Shown here piece after piece: positions 1-13,395 of a DNA stretch of 64,000 nucleotides. The notes under the pieces are model-generated. The model did not search any database, had not been told where the DNA came from, and saw only the letters and a program-made list of their open reading frames with translations. Each line of letters starts with the position of its first letter. Within the stretch, counting starts at the first letter, position 1. Origin of the DNA: Psammoneis japonica (taxonomy: Eukaryota); the NCBI GenBank assembly GCA_008632985.1, contig QPGO01000081.1, positions 1-64,000 on the forward strand, given 5' to 3'. The translations under genes were made by a program, and so were the position numbers.

Positions 1-171
1 AAAACAGTGTTCCATCTTGAGGCATTGCTTGAATTGAGCTGCTTCCGCTTGGAAATCAATTCCAGCAGAACTCATGCATTTCATGCCTGCTCATGGAAGA
101 ATTTACAAAGGCATGTTAGTTAAAATTTTCATTTTCCGTGTTTTTACCTTCTGTGGTGTGTGTGCACAATG

Positions 172-520
172 CACTGTGCTCGAAGAACGAGCACAAACGA
201 AAGTAGAATCAAGCATGAAAAGTGAAAATTATGAGATTAAATTTTGCTCTGTGATTTTTGGTTTCTCCGAATGAGTTCTCAATGGCCCAAAGCTTCTGCA
301 CTGCTTCTACAGACAAAAGGCCTTTCGGAGAATGTGTTCGTGACAACAGATTGTCCAGATGCGATTGCCATTGACACGCAAGATGTCAACATTGTCAATC
401 GATCGTATTTGCAATTTTTGACATCTGATCAACTCTGTGTGATCGTTCTGTCCTTTGTGCGCATCCATGACTGTGGTGCGATTGACACACAAATGACATG
501 TAACCACAAATGTGCACATG
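172..520 (+). repeat. Terminal fragment of a dispersed repeat starting CACTG (possible CACTA-type end); second copy at 50242-50600
   Basis: Near-identical to 50242ff (cactgtgctcgaagaacgagcacaaacgaaagtagaatc...). Both copies start at CACTG with different left flanks. Confidence 0.6.
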
Positions 521-524
521 ACAG

Positions 525-3350
525 TCTCATGCTGCAGGAGGTCGTGTGGGTCGACCATCGTTGACTCGTGGCAGTTGCCGGCTCGTGGGTTGCAAGGGGG
601 CAGACGAGAATGCTCAAGGATGATCGCCTTGGAGGAATGGGGCAACGAACCCCAGATCCGTTGGTGGTCGGGAGGGGGATGTTTCCATTGGTTGCTGGCA
701 AGGCTGGGACCATGGGTGCAGGCAGCATTGGCCTGAAGGATGTCAATGTCACTGTCGATTTCACAGAACACATCATTGGATGGTTCCTTGGAGCAGACGT
801 CGTGTGCGTGTGTGGCGCGGCGGGGAGCTCAAGGTGTTGTCTTGGGTTGAAACGTGCTGTCGCACTGAGCCGCCGCTGAGAGGAGCAAGCCACAATGTTG
901 ATCGCATGTGAGGCTCTTGCCACTCTGCGTGCAATGTTGATCAGCTTGGTTCTTGATGGCGCAAAGTTCCTTGACAGGATGTGCGGCATTCTCAAGCATG
1001 ACGTGCTTCTGTCCTTCAGAGAAGTGGTCACTGGCCGGGATGAGGGCCTCGCACTTGCGCAACTGATCCTGCCAATGAAGGATGAACCCATGGGTCAGAC
1101 CTTTCCAAGTGCCATCACCAAGGCATGCAGTGGTGAGGTGCATGAGCAAGGTGGAGGACTCGACAGATGCACGGGTGGAGGCAAGCGCACACTCGGACAA
1201 GGCGCGGCAGATGGTCTGGGCGTCAGAAGACCCCACATTTTCGTGAATGAGAGCCTTGCCCTTGTCGGTGAGAAGGATGTGTTTGAAGAATGCGAACATG
1301 TGCTTTTGCTGTTCAGCAAAGAGCAGTTTGTCTTCAGGACTGGTCAGTTTGTACGTCGAGTCTAGAATGCACTCAACGTCTTGGGCACGGGCTTGCACCA
1401 CAAGTGAGGTGTGCCAAGTGTGCCACTGCTTGTCAGATTTGAGAGCCATGAAAGCAGTGGGGTCACGCTTGATGCCTCGCTTGAAGTCTCGCACTGGGTC
1501 GCGTGCCTTGGTGGGGCCAGTGATGTGCAGAGGTGCAAGAGGTGAGCTGCCGATGGACACAGAAGACATGCAGTTGATGGGTTCCAGTCCCAGGTGAGAC
1601 TTTTTGTGACATTGGGCCCACAGAATTCCATGTGCAAGCTCCGCAGTAAAATTGCCAAGCAATGAAAATGTGAATGATCACCAACAGAAAAAGAGGCAAT
1701 TTTGCGAACGCATCTCCTCCTCCACACTTGAAGTGCATTGTTGACAGCATGCCCGGGTACATTCTTCAGACATTCAAGAACATGCCCAGTGCATTTTTAT
1801 TGTCATAAATGCAGAAAACAGAAAGCCTTTGGCTTCGCAAAACAGGCAATGTGGAACAATTTTTTACAATGGAACACGTAGAAATGCACGTGCGAAACAT
1901 GCGACGGATGACAAAAAACAATTGTGTCACAGTCCAGCAGCACGAGGTCCCACCTGGAGCTGGAGCGCGTCAGTCGGGGCTGAGGCGGCAGGCAAGGAAC
2001 TCATCATGCATGAACAATGAAGAGTCATTGGCAACATCAAGGCCCTTGTGTGCTTTGACAATGCACAGACTGGCCAGAGCTGCCAACATGTTCTTGTGAC
2101 CTCAGGGCAATGGGACCACATTGGTGCCGTTGTCCCACTTGAGCGAGTCGCTTTGGGAAAGCATGAACGTGAGCAGTTCTTGGTGCAAGTCCATGTTGTC
2201 ATGGGCCAGAGCCAAATGAAGAGGACTTCCAGCACCTTGGGCAAGCACAGTTCCAACAACGTGTCTGAAACCATCGGTTTGTTGCTGACGAGTGAGAACC
2301 ATGGTGGGGACAAAAGCGGTGTCAGGGCAAGCGATTCTTGTTGTTGGGATGCAGAGGCAGACTTGAAACTTGGGTTGGAATGGACTTGACTTGAAACAGA
2401 CTTGACTTGAAATCTTGAACCATGTTAAAATCAGAAGTCGCCGGGCTGTGCTATCCCGTTTGTTGTCAAGTGCTAAACTTCCCATCCGGTCCGCAGAGTT
2501 GTGCCGGCACGTCCGAACCCACAGCCAGCGGCGCTTTGGGTTGCTTGCAAGTGGAGCAGCGGGTTGTAAACCCCTGCAGGCAAGCTGACTAGAGGTGGAC
2601 AAGACCCCTGAACCGTTCTTATTTTGTGTCAGTTGGATTTCCCGATCAGGCGCTGTGGACGAACGAACAAATGTGGGAAAACACCCTCGCCCCAACGCAG
2701 GCTGCAATCACAGCTGCTTGCTCTCACAGTTGTCCTCGTGGACCTGGCAGAACTTTAGAGCACCAGCAGTCCAGGGCAGATCAGGTGCAATGGACTCGGT
2801 GTGCTTGTAGAGTGGCAGCAAAGCCGGAGTCCAAAGAGTGGGTTCAAGTTCTTGGCCGTGAAGATGCACATGTGTCAAGTGACGAAGATCCTTGAACATG
2901 CAGGGTTCTTGACCGTCAACCGTTGAATGGGTGTGCAAGGCGATGAGGATCAAGAATGGATTTGAACACAACCGTTGAATGCATGTCTTCAGCAATGGAA
3001 GGCAGCACAATCAATCCAGATGTCCAGCGGCAAGGAGACTTGACGGTGACGTTAAATTCCTGCCGATGCTTGGCATTGAATGCGCGTTGACTTGCCGATG
3101 CACGCAGAACACATGCGGAGGTCCACGCAGAATTGAGGTGGCATCGTCGGTAAATCAACGACGATGGCGGTTGCTCAATGGGTTGACAATGAGCAAGACT
3201 GTTAATCTGACAGAAATTGAAGGGCAAATGGCAAGAATTCAAACAACAACTCCTTGCTGCTGTCTAAATGGCAGATGAGTCTCCTCTCAGGGAGCAGAGA
3301 CCGTTGCAGGAGCCGAAAGACGTGTGAGTCGGTGTGATTGGGCTGCTGTC
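525..3350 (-). mobile_element. Truncated Ty1/copia (CoDi-like, family A): partial 5' LTR 3208-~3350, leader, degenerate gag
   Basis: Gag motif RDFKRGIKRDPTAF..LKSDKQWHTW (ORF 829-1662); colinear with the copy at 18560-21231. Confidence 0.9.
1576..1971. mobile_element. MITE (~395 bp)
   Basis: TIR gatgggttccag..ggtgagac / gtcccacc..ctggagcgcgtc; flanks AGTT/AGTC; empty site gcAGTCgggg near 19610. Confidence 0.9.
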
Positions 3351-3351
3351 A

Positions 3352-4300
3352 TCAAGCGCGATTTCACGTTGACGATCTGCTGTCGAGTCACGTGAATCCC
3401 AAAGCAAATGACAAGTTTCTCAAGTGGTTGAACAGAGAATGCGGAAGCCATGGCAAGGTCATGGCAACAAGAGGAAAGAAACATGATTGCCTTGGCATGA
3501 CACTGGATTTCACCAAAAAAGGAAAACTCAAGGTGGACATGAGAAAATGCACAGGATCGATGATCGATGACTTCCCGGAAAAGATTAAAAGCACAGATTC
3601 TGCAATGACACCTCCAGGAGAGAACCTGTTTGAGGCAGGCGGCACAAGACTGAACCAAGAGAAAGCACAAACGTTCCATGTGTGGGTGGCCAAAGGACCA
3701 TTTTCATCCAAGAGGGGCCACATGGACATGCACCCTGCAACATCATTGCCATGCATGCGAATGAGGGAACCCACAGTTGAAGACTGGGCAAAGTTGGTCT
3801 GGTGTCTGAAACATTTGAATCAGACAAGGAACGAAGTGGCAACGCCAAGTGCCAAGAACCTCCGAGCAGTGAAGTGGTGCATGGACGCGTCATTCGCGGT
3901 GCACCCAGATTTCAAGAGCCACACCGGAGGAGCAATGTCTGTGGGCAATGGAGCCATGCAAGCTGAGCTGGTTGGAGTCGACAACGTGATGACTGTGATC
4001 CTGTGAACAAAGCCATTCATGGAGCACCAAGGACATCCCGTCAACAAGAACATGCCACACCAGGACAACAAGAGCGCAATCTTGTTGGAGACCAATGGTT
4101 GCCGCAGTGCCGGCAAATGTTCCAGGGCACTCAACACAAGACACTTTTTTGCATGCAACCAAGTCAAGAAGGGCAACCTGACAATTGAACACTGCCCTGC
4201 AGATGCAATGATTGGGGACTTTGTGACCAAGCCATTGCAAGGCAAGAAATTTTGCAAGTTTAAACGAGCCGCAATGGGGTGCCAAGGACCCAAAGGCAAC
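3352..4300 (+). pseudogene. Copia RT/RNase H fragment (third family)
   Basis: HVDDLL (=YVDD), DASFAVHPDFKSHTGG, QDNKSAILLE, MIGDFVTKPLQG; disrupted frames. Confidence 0.9.
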
Positions 4301-4399
4301 AGGAGTGGATTCCTGTTTTGTGACATCAGACAAGAATTCTGATGTGCATGGGTGAGAGAGCCCTGTGACCCAGAGAATGATGAATGAGTGTCTTCTTCC

Positions 4400-6740
4400 G
4401 GAACATCATGGTGCAAGAGACACCGAGCATGCAATTGAACAACCATGGATGGCAATGAAGCCGGAGGTGACAATGCAAATGTGGCAGCAACTGATGCTCA
4501 TGTGTTCAATGAATGCACAAACTGTGAGCTTGTCACCTTCAACGAGTGCAATGAGCTGGCAGACAGCTGGCCCAACAACTGTTTGCTTGAGATTGCAAAG
4601 ACATTTGACATGCCCACAAAAGACAAGGATCTGTTTGTTGAAAAAGGAGAGTTGGACGGGAGACGCTGACCCACAGATTGGTGGAATGGAAACAAGACCA
4701 TGACATTCGACCGACTCATGATCCTAACCAGATAGAAGGACCCAATGAAGGAAGACTGCCATCACCAAACCCTGTCCCAGCAAGAGACACATTGGATCAC
4801 ACACAGCTTGCAGTGGACCTGGATGACAAAGGCAGACGCAACTCTGAAGAAATGAGGATGGGATGGAAAGAAAAATGCTGCACAAGGCTCGAGGCAATGG
4901 TGACGGTGTTCGAAATGTGTGAGACATGGACACCGACAATGCAAGAATTTATTTCCGCCAACACCCCAATGATCTCTGTTCACAACAATGTGGAGACCAT
5001 CATTGACAGGACGAGGTGGGCAAGCGTTGGAGCACACACCACTGAATCCCATTGGAAATTCCTGGCAAAAAGGACAGAAGCACACAAAAAAAACAAGACC
5101 GCGCCATGTGCAAGTGCAAGGAAACCGTGACAAATTGGCTTTCAACAGGCTAGAGATTGATCGCATGGCAACGTTGTCAATTTTTCAAGGCATGCCAACA
5201 TGTGGCATGGACAGTCTTGAGGAATGCGGAGGACCAATGCATCCAGGCCGCAACAACACTGCCAAGAGACCAGATCATTGCAAGCTTGTCATGGACAAGA
5301 ATGGAGTCATGTTCGATGCACTTAAATTGTCAATGTTCTTCAGAAGAGAGATGAACTTCATGTCAGATTTACGGAAGCATTGCTGGGTGGCACACATGAT
5401 GAGCTTTCTTGCATTGACTCCAAACGCCGTGCACCAGTGGATCCGAGAACAGAGCGAACAGTCAAATGACCAAAATGACACGCTGAGTGATGTGCGGCAA
5501 GAACTGAAGAGACAAGATCTGATTGTCATGTTCGTTGACTGTGTGAAAGATGCAACCAATGCATTCAATGACATGCTGGACTGTTCAAGTGACAAACAAG
5601 ATGAGTGGTGTTTTGCCTTGGGGGTCGACATTCAAGGAGAAAGGTGGAACATTTTCTCTCGATGGTGATGCCAACCTGTGTCGTGGCCCAAGAATTGTTG
5701 GAAGAACAATTGGAGTGAGTGTCAGGAGTGTGTCGGAGCAAGTTACACCAGGGTGTCAGAGAACCCAGAAACAGTTGAAGTGTCAACATTTCATCAAACA
5801 ACCCCAGTGGTTCCCCATTTTCTTGCAAAACAGCACCCACAGGAAAACACAAATGGTTTTTCAAAATGAAGTTTAAATCAGGGCAAAATTTTCACACAGG
5901 CCAAGAAATGTTCAGCAATTTGTCATGCAATGCTCAGGTGGCTGGACACCCCAGTTGCTGCAAAATGCAGCTTTCATTGTTTTTGCACTTTTGCTGCAAA
6001 CAGTTTGCAAACCAAACATTGTTTTCACACCCACAATGTGACAAGGTGTCAAACTTCCTGCGTGTGGCTTGCAGAGATGTCAGTCACCAAGCTGACAGCT
6101 TCTGCCTGCACAGCAACCACTTTCTTCTTCCCTTTCTTTTTGTTCACTGTCCTGGCAAGAGCACCCTGGAAATTTGAGCAATCTGGGCATGCTTTGGCAT
6201 TGACACAGCGACTTTCATGATGCAGTGCTTGCTCTTGCTTCTCCTGATCCACCAGCTGATGGGGCCTTTCCAGCCCCTTTGTCAACCATCCTTCATGGCT
6301 CTGCCCTTTTCCTTTGTGATCATCCACACCGTCTTGCCCCAGCACTGGCATCACCAGCAATCTTGAACTTTTCTGGATCAGTCGCCTCCCCTTGACAATG
6401 CCATTTTCCAGTGTTGTCATGACCATCGCCATTTTCTGTGTGGCTGCATTTGTTGTGGAGCTTAATTTTGTTCGACATGAGCAAATCAAAGCTTTGTTCC
6501 TTGGAGAGTGTTTTCTCCAATGGCAGTGCAAAAGCTGCAAAGAAAGGCACAACCTCACAAAAATCCACATCGAAATCCCCACCTGGAGGTTTCTTCCAAG
6601 GGTTACAATGCCATGAAACAAAGTTGCGTCATGGTGGAAAAAGCTCATGTTTGTTGGAATGCTACAGAGTTTAAAACTAAGAAAGAACACGAAATAGAAA
6701 ACCATGGCATTGTGCTACACAAGACCAAGTTGCAGTGAGC
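4400..6740. other. TpA-depleted degenerate sequence, probably TE-derived ORF remnants
   Basis: Same TpA loss as neighbouring TEs; fragmentary protein-like frames at 4445-5668 (+) and 6049-6705 (-); family not recognised. Confidence 0.4.
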
Positions 6741-6847
6741 AGTGAGTGAAGGAAAAGGATTTCTTTTTATCATCCATTAAGCGAGCAAGAGCAATAAGTC
6801 AGGAAACATTGTGTGTACACCCTGGATGGCTGAAAATTTCTGGTCAA

Positions 6848-9191
6848 TCAAAGGTGGCCACTATGTGATCTTGGCACATTTTCTGAGATTATTGTAAGGC
6901 GCCCCTTTGTGGCTGAAGCAACTTTCTTTGCTGTCTTGGCTTCATCTTTTATGCCCATGGTCTCCAAACGAAGAGATTTAACCGCATCACTAATGGTCAG
7001 TTCAACTCGGCAGAGAGAAAAAGCCACTTTGAGAATATCGTGGCGGATCATATCGTTGTTTGCCTGTGCTTCGTTTATGAGGCTTGTGAAAGTGTCATAC
7101 CAACTCACACTTTCATGGTCTTTCACCATTGCCATTGCGGCACTGCAGCACGTCCACGCCAAGAGCAGACCCAAGCTGAATTGATCGTGCCATTTTGCGT
7201 AGGCCCGATCCGTTCTTTGACTTTTCCACGACCACCCATCGGTTCCAAATGGCACTCGCAATGGATCAAACTCATCAGCGTTCACAACGGCAAGGTTAAA
7301 ATCACAAAGAACGAAGCGCTCGTGTCCTTCGTCACTACGTCGCACCATAACAGCACTGTCTTTTATGTCGCAATGAGCAATGTTGAGCTCATGAAGGGTC
7401 TCAACAGCTTGTAAAAGATCCATGCAAGCTGCCAAAGCACGATATGGATTCGATTGCAGGCTCGTCCAATCAACCTCGTCCAGTTCCTCCAAGAAAATGA
7501 CTCGATCCGTAATACAGACGTCGATGGGCTTCACCAATGTGGCACACGACGGTGTCGCTGCTGTTTTCGTGAGGACGAATACTTCGGTGTCAAATGGATT
7601 CCAGTTAATCTCATCGTACTCCTTCCAGTCCAAACGCTCGCTTTTCCGCACACAACGACTCCTGCTACAACGATGTGTTGCCCAACCCACTTCAGACCAA
7701 CCCGTTCGCACAAAGAATTTCTTGTCATCAAACTCATAGTTGGCGCAACGGCAGTTGTTTTTTGAGGGCTTCTTTAGTTTCAAAGGAGTTTTCGCGTTCG
7801 TCGACCCCGACTCGAAACGCCCTCCGCCGGGAGCCCGTGGAACATCGCCATCATTGTTGTTGCCAGATGCATCACCCGGCGTATTCGGTAGATTGGAAAC
7901 GACTTTCTGCCTTTTCGCATTTCTGGACGCATCCCCGTGGCTCGGCCGAATAAGTAGGCATGCCTCGACAATGCGTTGGATACGGATGCACGCATCTTCA
8001 AATAATTTAGTTTTCCCGCTTTCGCTATTGGGATGACGAGCTTCATCATGTCGCGCATCGAAACTCTCACGTTGAATTGGGACATGTGCGGGGTCCGTGC
8101 CCAAGGTTCTTTTGCACATCGGTGCGGCAAAGACGTCCAAGGTTACCAAACAAATTTCACCCTCAACTTGAATCATCGTGTATACTTCAAAAATGCAAGT
8201 CTTGCTGTCCGTTCCTGAACTCACAAGAATACCAATGGGTGGAGCGTTGGAAGGGCGCTTCTCCCATACCCGATAAATCTCCATTGCGACCTTACCACGG
8301 TCCCTACTTATTTTATCACCCTCCCCATTCATTGCACTTTCGAGGGTAAGGATGGTTTGGTTGGAACTGCTAGCCATGAGATCATTTTTTCGTTCCGTCG
8401 TTGTTGATTCTTGTATTTTCTTCTCGCGTTGGAAGCAAGGGATCCCATTTGCTTCGAGACACTGCCGCAGGAGGTTGATGTAGAACCCATCAAAGTATCC
8501 TTCGCATTGACCTTGTACCAGATGTCGCAATTCTGAGTTGAGATCAACAAACAAAGAGGAACAGAACATTCTGTAGCGATCCGCAATGTTCTCCCAAAAA
8601 CTCTCCGAAACAGTTGTTTTTGGACTCTTTTGCATTGCCATCTCTAAGTTCAGGTTCTCCAAGGGTACTTTGAATTTAGAATAATTTTCCACCTCCTCCT
8701 TGCGTTTACCTTTGTAACATTTGATAAAGTCTTCGGGAATCGCACGAGGAGGCTCAGCACCCTCGTCCAAGTGGAAAATGCCGTGGCACAGGACGCAACC
8801 TTTGCCATCTTGCTTTTCACTCGATGGGCAAGTGTCAAGATGTTTCTTGAAAAATTCTTTGAGTGTATCAGAGTGAGTTTCCACATGCTGTTGTCGTGGC
8901 TTGTCTGTGAGAGTCACAAACGAAATACTGTAGTGAGAGCAGGTGGCAACATGAAACATACCGCGCAATACAGCAATTTGACAAAACCATGCCCGCACTG
9001 CATCCCGAAATCTCACTTGCGAGCCAACAACAACTCAACTTACCATTCTGCTGCTGTTCGTCGCGATAACTTTGCCGAAGATTCTTTCGTCGCTCAAAAT
9101 CAAAGCTGTTAAACTCTTCCTCTGAAATTGGGAATCTCGCTAGCCATGATCTGTAGTCCTCGTCAATCGATTGCCAATTTGTTGTCGCCAT
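6848..9191 (-). CDS. Two-exon gene (exon 1 9191-9044, intron 9043-8905, exon 2 8904-6848; 734 aa): PD-(D/E)XK-like nuclease plus C-terminal protein kinase, Crinkler-type architecture
   Basis: A GTAAGT donor and a ctcacAG acceptor join MATTNW..QQQN in frame to DKPRQQ. Kinase motifs IAHCDIK, LCDFNLA, GTDGW; REase-like RKNDL..TLESA..RDRGK. Normal TpA/Tyr content. Confidence 0.8.
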
Positions 9192-10330
9192 GTTGTTGTT
9201 GTTGCTTTCTGTTTGCTTGTGCTCGTCTTGGTTTTGCTGTTTCTGTTACTCTCTCTCTTCTCTCTTCTGTTGCTGTCAAATCGGCGAGACGGGCGACGCA
9301 CTCTACAGTAGGGCCCTAGGCCCTACCGGTAGAGACAATACATAGGAATCATTCGGCTCTCAGAGTCATTACGTAGAAATTGTGTAGAAGAGTACCAGAA
9401 ATATTTATACCCAGGCTATCCAGCAGTTCCTCCCAGCCAGAAGGAAGAAGAGAAAAGGAAAAGAAAGCAAAAAACAATCATTAATGAAGTTTTGATACGG
9501 CACTGTAGTGCCATAGTACGTAGTGCAGATGGACGTATGCAGGTACAGACGCGCCACGTGCCGGTGGTGAGGGCGCGCTCCGTCGTGCGACAAGCAGTGG
9601 AGGTGGGCCGTTGAGCAACACGTCGAATTTGGCATGAGGTGTCATGCGTTTATGTGCACAGAAGGATGGGGATCGTCAACGCCTGGAACACAGCACACAG
9701 CAGCAAGTGCACCGCCTCATCATCACGACTTCGTCGTTGTTGCTTTAGAAACAGCAGAATGGTGGAGGAGAACATCGTTCCGTCTGTCAAAGCAGAGGAC
9801 GTGACAGCTCCGGAAGTCGCAGCAGAACTCACGGGCGCCAAAGGCATGACTGCGGCGGCAGTGGCCATGACTGCACTCCGCGCTGCGGGAAGTGCCGTGG
9901 GTGTGTCTGCCGAGTCCAAACACAAAAGGATTTCAGAGAAGCCGGTGCAGCCCCAAAGTGAAAATGGGGAGAAAGCCGTGCCGCCAGAGCCAACCTTTCA
10001 AACATCATGTGGAAGCAACGGTCATGACCAGGGAGAATCCAACTGTCAAGGAGACAAAGGCAGCATGGGCGGCAGCACCACCACAGCCTGGGATGACTGG
10101 TGGGAGATTTTTCACTGAGGAGGAGCTGGAAGAAGTGGGAGCAACAGAGCAGGAGAAGGAGCAAGCAAGGATCCTACGGAACAAGTGCAGTGTGGACAGA
10201 AAAATGACAGAATGGGCGCAAGTTACAGCAGCTAACTATTTGGCAAAGACAACCATAAAAACACATAAATTTCGCACACTCAGACTTTCAAAATCCCAAA
10301 AAATTGAATCCAGATGAATGACCCTGCTTG

Positions 10331-10402
10331 TGCAGTGACCCCCCAAAACGAGGGTCACTGCCACCGCGTGTGCAGTGACCCCCCAAAACGAGGGTCACTG
10401 CA
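10331..10402. repeat. Two tandem 31-bp hairpins GCAGTGACCC-cccaaaacga-GGGTCACTGC
   Basis: Direct inspection; 40-bp period. Confidence 0.85.
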
Positions 10403-11925
10403 GCTGCATTAAATTCTACGTGTTTGTGCCAGGAAAATGCACCTCCAACCCATCCGGCAGGCGTGAGTGACATTTTGTGTGCGAGAAAGAGTTCGTTGGG
10501 GCAGGCGAACAACATCACTCTACGATGCGACTGGTGCAAAATCTTCGTAAATGCACAGACACGCTCTGGAGCATGTCTGTGCAAATTCGAGCTCGTAAAT
10601 GACAAGCAGGGACAAATCACAGTGGTTGTCAGTTCTACATGCAAGTGGCGTTAGCTTCGACTTGTGCGACTAAAATCTCAGTGAATGTTCTGGAGCTCGA
10701 TCGACCTCGAAAATTTTTAAAATTCCTTGCTCACATGCATGAAAGGCTGTTTCATGGAATCCCATTTAATGACACAGAGCTGCATGTTTCAAGATGTTGT
10801 TCCAACATCAAAACTGCTGTGGCATTTGGAGCACCTTCCACAGCCCTTCCCTTTGCTTGTTTGAGTGACCGTTCCTTAGATGTGCTCCAAATGGCAAGCT
10901 TGTTTTGACCTCTGGTGTGGAGATCGATGTTCTTTCCTGAACAAACGCTGATGTCCTGTCACGAATGCAGGCAGTCCATGTGCTGTTGGCGATTGATTGG
11001 TCCACTGTCGCTCATTTGGTGGCCACCGCAGCGTGACATCTCACAATTCTAGAACCTGTTGATGCTGTTGAACACTCTGTCTTGTCTTGCACCCAATTCT
11101 TGGCCATCATGGCAGCACTTGTTCACTTCATCAGAGCCAACACGCCATGATGTTCAACACCTGGAACGGGCATCGCGAACGGCATGACGGTGTCATTGCA
11201 ATGGATCGATTTTTGCGGCAAGCACCATGTTGGCCCCATGGTTGCTCATGCAATCGCTGAGTCTTTTGTGCACATCAATGTTCATGGACATGAACAACAT
11301 GCTCTTGGAGACCAGAGCTGTGATCTGCCAGACATGACGTCAGTGAACTGAATGTTTGATCACGTGGATGGAACATGTTGGCTGAGACACATTGACGTTT
11401 GTGAAATGTGCAACACAATGGTTCATGCATTGAGGTCTGCTCATTGTGTGCATTTGACACACCAAAATGCGTCATGAAACTGCTCAGACACTGCACATCA
11501 ACCTCGCCTGCTCACGGGTTTGCCAAGCAGAAACCGCCAAATCGGCGCGAGAACCAAACATTCTCTCACTTTTCTCCACTCACACAAGTGGATGCTCACG
11601 CATTGAAGTGCAAACAACAATTGACACACCATGGCCGCTGCCGCAGCCAACGCGTTCCAGCTTCAGGTGGGACCTCGCACTGCTGCACTGTGACATCAAT
11701 GGTTTTTTGGATCGCGTCGCATGTCGCGCACGTGCATTTCTGCGTGTGACATCATACGAAATTGTTTCATGCTCCCTGTTTTGCGAAGCCAAAGGCTTTC
11801 TATTTTCATCATTTGTGAGAATGAAAATGCGCTGGGCATGTTCTTCAATGTCTGAAGAACACACCCGGGCAAACTGTCAATGACAGAAATTGAAGGCAAA
11901 TGGCAAGAATTCAAACAACAACTCC

Positions 11926-13035
11926 TTGCTGCTGTCTAAATGGCAGATGAGTCTCCACTCAGAGACCATTGCAGGAGCCAAAGGACGTGCAAGTTGGCAT
12001 GATCGGGCTGCTGTTGTCATTCTTGTGAGCCTTGTGGCTTGAAAGAAAACTGCACCGTGCACAAACGCGCGGAACTAAAGCACACAAAACTGTGCGCGAC
12101 AAACTAAACAGCACGCGGCATTTCGCGCGCACCCAAATCCAGCTCAAATCCTGTCACTCCCCAGTTTGCTTGAGGAGTCACAGAAACAGATTCGACTTCA
12201 GATGGGATGAAGTTCCAGAACATGAGGGGGCGGAGAAGGTCCCAGACTTGGGAGCAACCCCAGTGCTTGCTGAGAATGTCAGCAGGGTTGCGGGAGCCTT
12301 CGATGAAGTGGAGCTCAAGGTGACCAGAGGCAATTGCCTCACGCACACAGTGGAACGACAGTGCGGTGTGTTGCTTGTGTAACTTGGAGTGCGGGATGGT
12401 GGCACTGTCCACAACTGACTTGTGGGTCAAAGCCAAACTAAGAGGGCTTCCAGCACCTTGGGCAAGCATGGTTCCAACAACGTGCTCGAAACCATCGGTT
12501 TGTGGCTGACGAGTGAGAACCATGGCAGACAAATGATGGTGTCTTGCTGCTGTCTAAATGGCAGATGAGTCTCCGCTCAGAGACCATTGCAGGAGCCAAA
12601 GGACGTGCAAGTTGGCATGATCGGGCTGCTGTTGTCATTCTTGTGAGCCTTGTGGCTTGAAAGAAAACTGCACCGTGCACAAACGCGCGGAACTAAAGCA
12701 CACAAAACTGTGCGCGACAAACTAAACAGCACGCGGCATTTCGCGCGCACCCAAATCCAGCTCAAATCCTGTCACTCCCCAGTTTGCTTGAGGAGTCACA
12801 GAAACAGATTCGACTTCAGATGGGATGAAGTTCCAGAACATGAGGGGGCGGAGAAGGTCCCAGACTTGGGAGCAACCCCAGTGCTTGCTGAGAATGTCAG
12901 CAGGGTTGCGGGAGCCTTCGATGAAGTGGAACTCAAGGTGACCAGAGGCAATTGCCTCACGCACACGGTGGAACGACAGTGCGGTGTGTCGCTTGTGTAA
13001 CTTGGAGTGCGGGATGGTGGCACTGTCTACAACTG
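11926..13035 (-). repeat. 618-bp period duplication of the LTR/RNase H end, with a leader fragment (12420-12545) at the junction
   Basis: ORFs 12032 and 12650 are near-identical and offset by 618 bp; the junction piece matches leader 19840-19960. Confidence 0.85.
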
Positions 13036-13395
13036 ACTTGTTGTCACCGAACATGCAACTGATGTCACGGATCGGGACGCCGAGGCAGCGCAGGGTGATG
13101 CGCAGGTCGATGATCTGCTCAACACAAGTCCTTGCGGCAACAAATTCAGACCCGCAGGTCGCAGTCTCCACGGTGGCTTGCTTCTCAGAGAACCAATCAG
13201 CCGGGAATTTGTTGAGGAAGTGGAGCATTCCCATGACAGAGCGTCCGGTGAGCATGCAATGACACAAGTTTGCATCGACGCAGTGGGCGGCAGTGACAAA
13301 CTTGCCAAGGGGCGGTGGTGCGTCCTTCGGGATCATCTCCTCTGCTTTGCCGTACACGGAGTGCATCCATTCACAGGCCGGTGCAGGGAGATCCT

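Noticed and set aside
500..6600. Classical RIP or CpG decay as the sole explanation
   Set aside because: CpG decay is visible but cannot remove TpA, and RIP would increase TpA.
9300..9640. Short palindromes upstream of the kinase gene as a Helitron end
   Set aside because: No convincing hairpin+CTRR arrangement and no second copy in the window.
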